Shown here: piece by piece, positions 12,701 to 25,008 of the stretch
How positions within the stretch are numbered: the stretch's first letter is position 1
Layout of the letters: every line of letters starts with the position of its first letter
Source of the DNA: Catajapyx aquilonaris
Taxonomy: Eukaryota
Assembly: GCA_000934665.2 (NCBI GenBank)
Contig: KZ538545.1
Span: forward strand, 1-63,132
Length of the DNA stretch: 63,132 nt
Direction: 5' to 3'
The notes under the pieces: generated by a model
What the model saw: the letters and a program-made list of their open reading frames with translations, nothing else
The model's database searches: none
What the model was told of the DNA's origin: nothing
Program-made: the position numbers and the translations under genes

Positions 12701-15700
12701 TTTGAAATTCCGGTAATGGTTAATAACTTAATATGACAAAATTGGCGTAATTGCTACCTTTGATGCGACCCTATATTTCAATTAAGGGCACTCCAAGCTT
12801 ACCCATAAATATTTCTGGGTCAAGCACTACATTCTGTCCCTCGATACACTGTACAGAGCATCCAAAATGCTTGACCCAGAAATATTTATGGCTAAACCAT
12901 GGAGTGCTATTATGGCTATTAATGTCTAAAACAAGAATTCAGAGCACCCAAAATGTGCCAATTTATTAACAAAAAAATGGATCAAAATAGCCTCCAAAAA
13001 GGGCAGCTGAATATGCTTCTATTTTTGGTTATGAAAATTCGTATGTGCCAGAGGCTTTAAAGTGCATTTTTTGAATATTTGTGTATTAGTTTCAAACGGG
13101 GGTTGTTTAAAGTAAAATTAATTCCTATACTTGAATATACTGCTAGACTGAGGGAGAAACAAACATCGCCTTCCAGATCTAATGCTAGATTTATGCTACA
13201 CTGGTACACCGCAACTAGTGCAAGATTTGTGGACAAGTATTGGGCAAGCCGTAAATTGTTCAACCTATTAAGTGTCTGGTTGCTATACAATACCGGTATA
13301 ATTTATAGTAAGTGCTCTCGTATGAAGTTCTCTCAAAGTTGAATTATCTCTGACTCATTTTTTTAAAGATTAGTAGTAACGTAAATGTGCGAATAAGTTG
13401 GTAGAATATAACTCCGCAGCATTTCTCCTTGTTATTATTGTTGAAAGTAAAGAGACTCTTACAGTGTTTGTTATCCTTGCAAACATGCAACCCAAACACT
13501 CTGTTTGTAATGCGAAACAACATAATTGGCAGGCGCGAACTTTCATCTCATATTAATTATTATTAAAGACATCCTTCTACAGCAGCAACAGTTTCGTCAG
13601 CTGGAGGCAATAATATGCACGCAGCTGTACAAAACCATGCTTAATCAGGAAGGGCAAGGTCATTAGGGTCAGAGTTGTGTAATTGTGATTTGGGTATACA
13701 GTACAGTGTGAAGGGTGGGGTCAATATTAGCAAAAGTAGATGAGTGATTGATTGGTGATAAGCTTGGTGATAACCCTGTGTTTTAATAAGGCAATCATTG
13801 TGTCCAATATGATTCGACCTGTTGCTATTCGGCTAAAAGCACTCGCGGCTTTAACAGGTGTCATCAGTGATTCACTGGATGCCACGCCTTTTCCAGCCTC
13901 GTATAAACCTGACCCGCACGCAAATACTGTAAGGTTTTTTTTTTCTCTTTTTTCTGAACAACCCAAACAAACCGGGAGCAAACAGAGCGGCTAATTTTGT
14001 GGAGACTAGGGAATTTTTCGATAATGGAAAACGCGGCCTCGGCAATGAACTCCTGCCAACCCCAGACATTGTTGATATCTCTTCGCATGCAAAAAACACC
14101 TGGCCTATATATATCCGAGAAACATTTGATTAGCCGCAGCCTCAATTTAAAACCAGGCTTTAATGAGATGTGCGAGTTCAGAAGCCTCATCAAAGTAAAT
14201 CTCTATAATCAAACATGATCGAACTTTAATTAATCTGGATCGTACACAGGTTGGTGCCCTGTCACCATCAGTTAGCCGATAATATTTAATTTAAAAAAAA
14301 TTAAACACAAAACAAGTCGTTACTTGTTCGCCATGTTGTTCGCAGTAGTTCTATCCTTGTGTGAAAAAAAATATTAGGACTTTAAACGTCCTTGGCCTTA
14401 CCTTTTCCGATGGGAGCTAAATTAATCTTCTTTTCATCTTTTGAAAGCACACAAACTAACTTACGTGGCGATTACACTTGCATTCAAAAGAAAATCGCTT
14501 TTTCATCAATTTCGACTCTTTAAGTCGGCGTATTCAAGATCAAGTTTTAATGAATCTTTAAAATTGGGGGGGCTGCATAATGGCTGGCAACTATGGAGAA
14601 ATAGTCGCGGTAATGAAGTGTCGGAGAACTTTCCTTTGAGCCAGCAAAATAGCGAACCGTCAATAGAAATGGAATCATGAAAGAGGAAGGGGGGAAAAAA
14701 AAGTTTGATGCAATCCCAAAGGGCATTTGAAATTATATCTAAAATCAGATTCGTAATTTTCAGAACCAATGGAAAAAAATGTGTATTCGAATTTTCAGAT
14801 TTTCATGCTGGGAAAGTTCAGCGACCTTTTGTGTTTGTTACATCAGTGTCTCATTATAGTAATCTCGTGTTGTTTATCATACACTCGCGTGACATGAAAA
14901 TGTCATAAGAGTGATGGACATCAACGAACTGTTTTTATAAATCAGGTCGCGGGAATGTGAGCGAATATTGCTCATCAATAGAGGCTCAAGATTTAATGCA
15001 ACATGAACCAAACGGCCTGATCGATCGGGACGGTAACGATCGATGTAACGACAACTCGAAAGTATCAGCTTTTTTATTTTTACAGCCGCTACTAAAAGGT
15101 CGGCATTTGAAGTTGTTATTTTAATAGCTCTGTGCTGGGGAAATAGGTGATGCCCTGGACACAAATTGTTAACCTCGACAGTGCCAATGTAATTTAATTC
15201 AAACCTACTGTCAAATTCGATACACTATCAGTGCTATTAACTGCTCCAACAGTAAATACTCGCAATTCGCAATGAACAAGCCAATGCAATGGTTTTAAAA
15301 AAAAATTACACACAGAACCGCTTATGAGTTACGTAATAATTTGAGAGTCATTTCCCGTGTCGCAATTAAATCCGCAGCGAACCAGTTCGCAAAAAAAAAA
15401 AAAACTAATCGAAACGCATCAAAAATATTGCACGCCGCAATAAATCCGCTTCTTTTATTCCCTTGAAGTGGTAAAAGCCATAACACTCTTGTAAATGAAC
15501 TGTCGGAACTGTAACGTGACGTCAACCATGTTTTTTTATATTTTATTTTTCCATCTCTCCTTTCTGCGTTTAACCTGCCCCCGAGGCAATTCCGGTCGGA
15601 CCACAAAAACCTCTAGGCCCGCTTACCCGAACCTGTTGCTCGGAGTAAAACATTGATTCCAGAAGCAACAGCTGTCTCTTCCTTCATGGATAATAATCCG

Positions 15701-16143
15701 TGTCCCAAAAATCAATTGACCCGTGAAATAAATTTTTAAAAAAAGTTTGTTGTCGCAAAACTTGTCCCCGGAAATTGCCTCTGTCAAGCCTTCTTGATTA
15801 CTAATTAGCGTGTCAAGCGACATGCTACGTGCTGTATACAGGGTGAGTCAGAAGTTGGCCCACTGAATATTATGTAGGATATACAATGTGGGTTGCCGCG
15901 TGTGTCTAGGGGCAACGTACCGGTTGGTTTGTAGCCTCTAAATTTTTGATTTGTATTGAGCCAATGAGTACACCTGAATGACCCTGTTGTTCCATATCAC
16001 ACTGATAGTGAGTACTTACCGTCCTGGTAGAAAGTGACGTCCGGATGCTGTAGGTGCTCTGGGGGCAGATCCTGGTCAGAGTCGAGACGCACTCCGTTCC
16101 GGAGGATGCCCATGGCTGTACTGGCGCCGGTCACACACGCCAT
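702..16143 (-). CDS. Syt: Synaptotagmin, SYT3/6/9/10-like (Syt-alpha class); 3'-partial. Coding exons (transcript order): 16143-16020, 6026-5776, 2213-2070, 1674-1543, 1325-1171, 1083-915, 822-702; remainder of C2B lies left of the window
   Basis: All junctions GT-AG and phase-compatible. Translation: lumenal N-terminus, TM helix ([23 protein letters not shown]), ISHSLPDL linker motif, C2A ([10 protein letters not shown]...[25 protein letters not shown]...[11 protein letters not shown]...[16 protein letters not shown]) and start of C2B ([36 protein letters not shown]). Start codon uncertain (ATG at 16143, 16113 or 16179). Confidence 0.93.
2304..2389 (+). repeat. Dispersed short repeat, copy A
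   Basis: catagatggcgcatctgcacactactgccactctcaggg...gtactacatgcac matches the reverse complement of 16464-16530 and the direct copy at 21694-21738. Confidence 0.7.
5776..6026 (-). CDS. Syt: Synaptotagmin transmembrane-domain exon
   Basis: Acceptor tacttttccag, donor ACG|gtgagg; encodes [32 protein letters not shown]...[10 protein letters not shown]...KEPKT; phase 1 start, phase 0 end matching neighbouring exons. Confidence 0.88.
7727..7898. mobile_element. MITE with CAGGGTG termini (Tc1/mariner-type)
   Basis: ta-cagggtgtttcacaat (7727-7744) ... attatgaaacaccctg-tg (7881-7898): 16-bp TIR with one mismatch. Confidence 0.65.
8687..8992. mobile_element. Fold-back pair of small non-autonomous TIR elements (TA-CACTCT...AGAGTG-TA), second copy with five tandem 30-bp units
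   Basis: 8687-8780 has TIRs tacactctaagaaatgtccgggttaaat / atttaacccggacatttcttagagtgta; 8781-8992 is an inverted copy whose left end is 5 x actaa(c/g)aaatgtccgggttaaataaccatg. Confidence 0.85.
11189..11406 (-). mobile_element. tRNA-derived SINE
   Basis: Minus strand shows A-box-like TAGTGCTGCGG (11395-11385) and B box GGTTCGATCCC (11361-11351), no full cloverleaf; 3' part is shared with other dispersed copies in the window. Confidence 0.6.
12071..12146. mobile_element. Small MITE with CAGG(G)TG termini and TA flanks
   Basis: tacaggttgatccgtaaagattc ... gaatatttacggaacaccctgta; 23-bp inverted repeat with 3 mismatches. Confidence 0.65.
12788..12907. repeat. Inverted repeat (~40-bp arms, ~41-nt spacer), probable transposon remnant
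   Basis: gcactccaagcttacccataaatatttctgggtcaagca ... tgcttgacccagaaatatttatggctaaaccatggagtgc; inner 24 bp perfect. Confidence 0.7.
15837..15987. mobile_element. Degraded CAGGGTG-type MITE
   Basis: tacagggtgagtcag ... ctgaatgaccctgt imperfect inverted termini. Confidence 0.35.
16020..16143 (-). CDS. Syt: Probable first coding exon of synaptotagmin ([42 protein letters not shown])
   Basis: Consensus donor G|gtaagt at 16019, phase 1 fits the 6026 acceptor (G+GA=Gly); GC-rich codon usage; candidate upstream acceptor ccccccag at 16157-16156 implies a further 5' UTR exon. Confidence 0.7.
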
Positions 16144-16463
16144 GCGCACCTCCTTCTGGGGGGCCCAAATCAACGCCATGCGCTCAACGTGAAAACGCCG
16201 GGGGAGAAAAAAATAATAATAAAATGGTGTGCACAAAAGTTGATGATGCGAAAGGGTGATGCGCGTTATTAATGAGTTTGGGGATCAGGGTTGATTAATG
16301 GGGGTTTCATGGTGGTCGATATCCGGTGTGGAGATAAGTGGTGGTAGGTTTAGGTGTTGTGCAAAATCGCTCAGCCGGTACACGTGTGATGTATATAGTG
16401 TTGATGGCATTAAATTCAGCGAGAGACTATAGAACAACTTGTAAAAAATTATCGCATACAGAA

Positions 16464-16530
16464 TGACTCATCACCAACGTGCATGTAGTACTACCTTCGC
16501 CCTGAGAGTGGCAGGAGTGTGCAGAGGGAG
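16464..16530 (-). repeat. Dispersed short repeat, copy B
   Basis: tgactcatcaccaacgtgcatgtagtactaccttcgccctgagagtggcaggagtgtgcagagggag; first ~42 nt match 11189-11230, remainder matches 2316-2372 and 21709-21738 in reverse complement. Confidence 0.7.
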
Positions 16531-19500
16531 AGCCTACGCGACGTCCAAGTTGGGGGGGTGGGCCAAGCAGTGTTGCCAAAATTTGGCAACAGATAACCTA
16601 CTAGTACTGCAGAAATATCTAAGCCCAAAGCGGCCATTTCCTAAAAAATGTGCATTGACTTCCGAATTCCTCCAACATTGATTCGAAGAGTGGAAGCAAA
16701 CACTTGGGTCTCCGCATGCTATATCGATCGCAGGAGAACATTCAGACCATCGCTTTATTAAATAAATTAGCTGATTAATATTGGGTTACAAACATTATCA
16801 GGTTTGAAGATTAGCGACCGGTGTGTTACATTGGAGCTGCCGTTGTCATGCATTGTGATGCAATTTTGTGGGAACAGCTAGGGCAGCTTTTATACCAAAT
16901 TGCTGTGAAACCGGGAACGATGTACAGTATACTAATATTACACATAGTGTTTATGGCGATGGTGATGATGCAGAAGGTTAGTGGAGCTATCCCTCAGCAC
17001 AGGCCATTAATAAATTATTTCACACCTATTCTGCGCGTAAATAGGCTACACAGTCATAATCCATATGGACAAGAACATAAGGAATCGGGCGAATCGGGGC
17101 ACTAAATCAACTTTTTAATGCCAGGGGAAGTCACAAAGTAAAGTTCCCAACTCGTTTACGTTTGAAAGAGTTAACTACATTAATTAATATATCAGTTATC
17201 ATACACAATGCACATTATTTTAAAGCCTTCACTGCATTTGGGGCCATGCAGTTTTACAACAGCAGCTGTCAATCAATATGCAGTTACCCAGGATAAAATA
17301 TATATTACATTACAAGTGAATGCAGAGAATGCAACCGCTGCCACTTACACCTAGATGACGTCAGCGATTTCATGAGATGTTATACAGTATGTAATTGACA
17401 ATTAAATGCTAATAATATTATGCGTCTGTTACGAGTATGTTAGTACACTACAGTGTCAAGGCCGGTTTGTGCAAATACAGTCTGCCTTTGTTGTATAAAA
17501 TAATAATACGTGTTGCACTGAGAGATAATATTATGGCTGGTGAATTATTTCGTGTTGACGTATTTCAACAGTTTTGACAACTTATTATACCATATCAGCT
17601 GCGTAGCTCTAATGTTACGTTTTGTTGCGGAGATGAGTTAATGTACAGTAGCCTACAGTACTGCGCAATATATGAAAATTCCTGCTTTGATTCTGCATGC
17701 AAATTATATTGCATGATGACGTTCTTGTCTTTTGACTACTATATTTTCCAGGAAATATTATAAGTAGTATTGCAAAGTCTGAAACTATTTGCTGAACCGT
17801 TTTTATGACCAAGGAAGGTTTCACACAAAACGCGGAATGTATCGTAATTATAACGAATGCACATAAAAAATACTGCGACTGAAATTAATTCTCTGTACTT
17901 CCTGAAAAGCACCATAGGGAGCATATTTTGCAAATATTTGATAAGTACCTGAATGGTTAACAGCTGAATACACCAGGCACAGGACTGTAAAATTTTCTGA
18001 CTGGCGGACTAATTTTTGCATTTAAAATTAGCCCATTTCTAATGTTGCTCTCGGTAAAAATAGCTGCCCGTAAGTTTGAACGAGGCGCATTTTAATATGC
18101 ATTTAATTGATCATCAGTAGTTGATGACGCATATTGCCGGGAATCTCGTTAGAGTTCTATGCGCGGCAACGTATGCTCCGCTTATAACTTGGTAATCAGC
18201 AAAACATTGTTTGCTGAATTTGCGCTTCCCTTGACAGTAGAGCCTCGAACAAAAGGCACTAAAATAATTTGTATGCTTTGTCTCTAGTTACGCCAGCACA
18301 CGCATTAAACTGAAAGCGTGCAGTGCAGAGCACTTTCCATGCATTTCCGAGATTATTCTAATAATCCTCACATGACATAATAGCGCCTTATCACATTTCA
18401 CTTGTTAAAACGAATGTATACTGCATAACCATTGCAACATTGTGCATCGACCTGTTACATCAGAAACAAATACTATATAAAACCTCCGCCTCGTGTCAAA
18501 TGTAGGTCTCGAACGGATTTGTGTCCGCCCACACACAAACCCAGCTGACTTAACGTGTCTTCAACCTCCATCTGCCTCAACACTTCACGTCAACCATCGA
18601 AAAAAGTTCGCCAAACCGTACATCCAGTCCAGAATAGTTCAACAAATCGAATCATGGGCTCGAGTGGGTATATCCTCGACCTCAACCCTCAGCATGAGGT
18701 CAACGACGCGACCTCGAATATCGGAGGCATGGGTATACATGAGGACGCTGCTCCTCCGCCCACGCGGCCATTTTGCCCTTGAGTGAATGCAAAATGGAGC
18801 AAACGTGGGGGTGTAGAGTAGGCTACGCTGAATCCTACTCTCCTGCTCTATGCTGGTCAGAGCTCACCCCCCTTTAAAAAATATAATATCGATTCAGGTG
18901 TAGGATGCTGCTGGGGGGTAGAGGGGTTTGTGGGTATTTTCCGGGCCAGCCAATGCCAAGGACGGATCTACCTGCAAGACGCTATTGTTGCCATGGAAAT
19001 AGGCGGGGAGAGACCCTGGACGGGGGCAAGGTCAATGCGAATGGGATATACAGTACATACACCTGTACATGATAGGCGCATTTGCAGTGTGCTTTACTAT
19101 GGGGTCCGCAGTTCGTCACAATCATGTGGTGGGCAGGGCCGATTGCGACATTGCGCTTGGAGCTCCATGGCGCTTCACTTATACACGGTCTATGTAGGCG
19201 TGCGGTTTTATTTGCTTCTCTCCATAATGTAGGAAGATATGTGGGATGAATGTGCAAACGTCGAATTTTTGTATTAATAATATAGTACGTGTCCAAATGA
19301 AAGCAACAGTTCTCAGAAATCCAGGTTGTCATGTCACAAATAATTCAAATGCTGGGTGGCATTACCTGAGATATGGAGCAGTTGTGTCCACTTCGACAAA
19401 GTATTTTTCGTCGTTTAAATTAATTACTTAATTAATATGTATACGTATGCAAATTAGTAGGCTACACCGCACTCTGAGAAATCCAGGAGGTCATTTTCAC

Positions 19501-21693
19501 AAATTTTTGTACAGTAACTCATTATTTTGATAATGAAGTGAAAAATTAATTTCCAAAAATTATGGTTGGATTTACCCATGAGAGTTGCTCCCAATTCTCA
19601 TCCAAAAGTCATATGGAATTTTATCACAAATAATGGAAATGGTATGCTATCTAGACACGAATATTACAGATCAGCATTCCACATGATTATTGAGTGAATA
19701 AATATGCCTGTTGTGCGATCTAACAGTCTATAAATAATTATTATACTGTAATTTCCCTACCTGAGTATCATTTGGTACAAAATTCATTCTACTGTATACG
19801 AGGTAATGCAATATTCAAACTCTCATATCTTGAAATCCGTCAAGTTAATGTGGTTCCGATCGTTAAAAATTATACTCATTTCAGGCATTCACAGACTGTC
19901 ATTTCAGAAGCGCCAGATGTATATATAGGTCCGTCAATGTCAAGAACGACGCCAATATTATACCGTATTGTCCGAGAAATTGCGACGTGACCTCAGGTAG
20001 GTCATCCCCTCGTAATTCTAGAAAGATGTTGACAATATGTAACTCCTATTTTTACTCTGCCTGTTATTATTAAAGGAAACAAGCTGTCGCGTGGGTCGTA
20101 ATTGAAGCTTCTGAGAGAGAGAGACAAAAAATGAAAAGTACTGCGCCAAAAAAGGACCCAATGACCGAGGTGATCCTTGGTCAACAACGACCCTCGTATA
20201 GGCCCACGTACAGTGCAGCTTCAGCTTTGTAATTCGAGAAACCGTATCTTGGCAATGGAAGATAATTTTCTGCTGCCATATGGAGTCAACATAACTGTAT
20301 TCACAAGGTGGTTACTATACCCAAGTTTCCAATCCAAGTGGTCGGGAGAGAGATTGTTTACATTGCAACCCCTATTTGCAGAGAAGCCACTCATGGAAAG
20401 CTAATGTGCCTCTTAATTGTTGATTCCAACTTATAAACACTCCTCTTTAATAGTACTTGTACATCAACATCACCATGTACTTGCAATAACAGACTGCAGT
20501 TTGCTGCATGAATATTAATTCCACAGAATATGTGGCTGCCAAACTGAGTTTCAGACATATCTCATCACTTCATCAAGTTTCAAGATCATTTGGCGACTTT
20601 GAAACCAGCTCCGATCGATCATGTAATGGATGATTGAGAGGTCTAATCCGTCATTATTGGATCCTTCCGTGGATATGGCCTCAGCCTCCCACATCAAATT
20701 ACCCCAACTTATTAGTTCATTATCGGATATTAGGAGCTTCAACTTTGGGCCAAGGAGCAAAGAACTGCAACTAAATATTTATGGATTGGAAGTATCTTTG
20801 GACTCGGGTTATTACAGAATGACGCACGAGTATCCAGTGAAAGAGGTGAAGAAGAAATAATTGGTTATTGACTCTATATAGAATCTGATATTGTACCATT
20901 TCGGTCCGTATATACATTTCGTCCAGTAACTTACAATTTTTTTCTCTCTAATTGATTACATTCACACAATGTTTTTTTTTGGCAAAGTTTTGCTTTAGAC
21001 CAGTATTAAATTTGAATTGGATTTGGGACGTATAGTCTGCACCACCTTGAGTAATATACCCGAGGCAATATCAAAAGCTTTGCAAAGGTGAACGACCTGC
21101 GTTGTTTGCGAAATGGGAAGTTTGCAATCAGCAAGCAGCAGAGCACAGTTAGCGCTTCTTCCTTTTCCGCAAACACTTCAGAATCACGTCCGAGTGTATA
21201 TTATATCTAGGTTGTTGCCCAAATCGATTTGGACGCGTTTTCATCTCCGCCTCTCAGACCATCTTTCCCTTCTGGGGTTTCCAGAGAGTTTCAGGACTTT
21301 CTGCAAGTATATACTTGTGACGTGTGCCAATATAGGTGCTGGAAGCGACACCTTATTTTGAGAATCCGAGGCGTATAATAAGGATATATCTGTGTCAACG
21401 TCGGATTTAACAGACACCCACGCCACTCTGGTCCGCAGGGGAATGGGCTAGAATAGAATCACATTTTCCATTTTGGGTTTATCTGATCCGTAAAAAAAGA
21501 ACCGTCACGATGTCTGTTTCAGCGTTTCGCGCATCATCGCACTATTTTCACAAACATTTACTTTTCGCCCATAACAAACTAGTGAACCCGGTGGCAAAAT
21601 TTGCCAAAAATCTATAACCAGTATGACACTGACATTCAAAACAACTTCAATGAGATCACCCAGCCGATTTACCACGTAGTACTATTCTTCACG

Positions 21694-21738
21694 CATAGAT
21701 GGTGCACACTCCCTCTGCACACTCCTGCCACCTTCAGG
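21694..21738 (+). repeat. Dispersed short repeat, copy C (partial)
   Basis: catagatggtgcacactccctctgcacactcctgccaccttcagg matches copies A and B. Confidence 0.6.
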
Positions 21739-24700
21739 TCGTGCGAGAGACAGCGAGAGTCAGGTCGGACAAACATCCGACGGAGAGAATAAGCCTGTTA
21801 GGATAAAGATTGCAATTAGCTCGAGGTGTGAATTACTTCTGAGGAACTTCCTGTGGGATTCAACAGATTTTGCAACCAGGAGATTCGTCGAGTGCGAGAG
21901 ACACTTGCATTTATGCTCGGTGAATCGTGTAATTGATTAATTCGTATGTATTCAGGAAGCGGGATTTTGATGCCCCAGGTTCATGGCCGAGGAAACCCAC
22001 TTTCAATGTCAGCACTCCTGACAATAAAGGAGCGGAGGATGTAATTAGTTTATACATGTTTACGAGAACCGGAGCTTCTAAGTGAGAGAACATGCGCCGC
22101 CCGGGTCTTTTGTGCTTCCTCGAAAAAGAAAAAAAATCTTCTCATCAAGGTCGCTCGTAATTAATTGCTCAGGCTGAGTGACGTGCTTCAAGTCCAGTAA
22201 TGACGGTTATAAGTGTGCTCTTTATTCTCAATAGCTGTCGTCAGCACCGACCTTCTTAAAAAATGACTCTTTGTCATTAAGACGCGAAGCCCTTTCGGTG
22301 CCCGAGTGTCGTGAGAGTCAAGTTACCTACGTCACTGTCCTTGTGTCTCGAGAACAATAATATTATTGCAACCGCCTTGGTGTGCAACAAAAGTGAGGAC
22401 GGTTTTCCAGCAATCAACCTTGTCCCTGGGGACATGAAAGGTTTCAGCAAGACTTTTACTTAGCTGGATACACTGCAAGTTATATTAGCATGTTGTTGTG
22501 TAATCCTATATACTTCTATACAAAGTTAAAATGACGACAAGAACTTATACGGATCCTGTGCTAAGCGAATGCCAATTTTAGAGTGACTTGCGTCATTAGG
22601 TGAACATAACACTGATGTTATGTGCTGAATACGAAGGGATTCTCAACATCATATTAAACTGTAGGCGGATGCTTGTGAAAGCAACAGAAGGATATTAATT
22701 TACTTATATTCTTACATATTATATTTCATATCTGAAAACCTCCTCTCATATATAGTACCGCAGTGAACTGAATTGAATCTTAAGCACAGATTGGAAATTC
22801 TAGACGACGCGACGGTGTGGAAGTAAATGAGATTTTCTTAAGCTTAACATTCATACCTTATGCTAGTGAACGCATACAGACATGCATTTGTTCATGCCAA
22901 TAATTACAATTAAAAATATATTAGCCACAGGGTCTGTAACAGAACAGGAAGAGAGAAAGTATAAAAAAGGGAGGCCAAAAATTACACAGTATGAGGTTGT
23001 TTGATTTATGTTTGGTGTATCTGTCATAATTCCAGTATACATCGCATCAATATCATTAAAGTAATCAGGATTGTGCAATAGTGTAGCCTACACTAAATTA
23101 CAGTATATATAATGACAATAACCAGAGCTGATGGTTACACATGCTGTGATGATATCAAGAACCCTGCTCTTGTTAAAATAATGAGAGCCTTGAAAGCACG
23201 TGAAGCTTTGGCTTTCAACATCAAGAGCACTTCAAAAATGTTTCGAGAAATTTCAGGATCATTATAGCAAAATCCCTATCTAGGTTGAGAAATTCGCATA
23301 GAAACAAAGTAGCTTTTTTTTGCATAATCAGCAGTCTAATGATGTCCTGTTTCTCCAAACTGACCGTTACAGTTGGTGTGCACATGTTATTGATATGGAA
23401 GTTAGGCCCGGTTATATATCATATGCGAAGCAAATTAAAATCTCCGCACTAATGCATATCGATATTACTCGTAATTGCAGTTTTTTATTGATAGAACTGG
23501 CTCATACCTTACCACTTAATGGTCGGTTAAAATATCGGAGAAGCTGGGAATTGAAGATTTACAGTGCAGATCCTCCACAGGACTATGTCATGCTGCCAAA
23601 CATATCCTTGAAAAGGACAGCTCGTTTTCGCATATATGCCAATATGAAACTGCGTAATAAAAGCCATGAAAAACCTGCGACCTCCATAAAATACAAAGAA
23701 GGAATCCGGTGGAAACAATCTTGGTGGAAACGCTCCAGGTATATACCAGTATAGGTTATGGGGAGACCAAAAAAAATTGCTCTTTATGTTGGGTTGCTCG
23801 TTATACATTTCACGGTGGCATTGCGACTCGAGTGTGTTATATAGTATACTGTGCAATTTTTTGTGGAAGTGTTGCAGCTATATAGAAAAGGGACTCGGTG
23901 GGAAGCAGCATATGGGTTTCAGAAATGCAGTGTCACTGCTCATATTATATTAATTATGGGAGTCCATGACGCATCATCTTCCCTTCGAGCTTCGACATGA
24001 AATGTCAAGGAACAACTCCGAAAACAATAAGTAATTGTATAGATTTTATCATTTGAGTTAACACAATCGAGCTGCATTAAATTCGGAAATGAATAATATC
24101 ACTTCCTCGCCGCACTGTGATCATTACAAGAGTTAGGCTAACTCTTGCTGATTCAGTTGAAACCTAGTTTGTCAAACTTGTTATGAATCAATCAAGTTCC
24201 CATAATGGGATACCCAAAATACGAATTGTGGAGTAGGCTTAAATATTCAATGCACCACCGACATTTCAAGGTTAATCAATGCAGCACGATGAGCTTCTTT
24301 ATCAGGATATCTCTTTAATTATCACAGCATACACAGGTTAATCCACTTTCAACTCCCTAAGCACGTGCGGTATCTCACCAGTCGTACAGACAGTACAATA
24401 CGAGCCTCGTAGTCTACCTGCTGTCCTATCTGTACGACTAACGAGTCATGCAATAATGTCACGCACGGTCACTTATTATTTACGTTGAGTTGAATCTTGA
24501 ATGAAACATATGGAATGAGTATTGCATAACTTAATAATTGACATCACGCACGGAATTAAGTTAATTAACACTGGAAGGTTTGCATACCCGAAATATTTTC
24601 CAGCAAAAGTAATGATAACAATCAGAAATGTTTTGTCGGCTGATATTATTGACGAGCAAATATCTTCGTAAATAATGTAATAGGTGTACTTTCGACTATT

Positions 24701-25008
24701 TAGAGATAATCCTCATGAAGCAGACATTTCAAAGCACCAGACATACACGGCTTAAAAGTATCCTCTTCAATACAATTAAACATATAGCACTTTAGCTAAT
24801 ACTTTTCATGCGCTATTTAATCGCTATTCGTTATTTCAAACAGCTACGTTACCGATCCAAGTTTCAGACCCTCGTTTTTCAGCCACACGAACGCGCCCGA
24901 GATTTTGGTGAATTGCAAATGGCGACCGAATAAAATCGCTTGTTTTTTATTCGGATCTCGATTCTGGAAATTTTGAGGCCATTTGCTGTTGAATGAACGA
25001 AGAACAAG

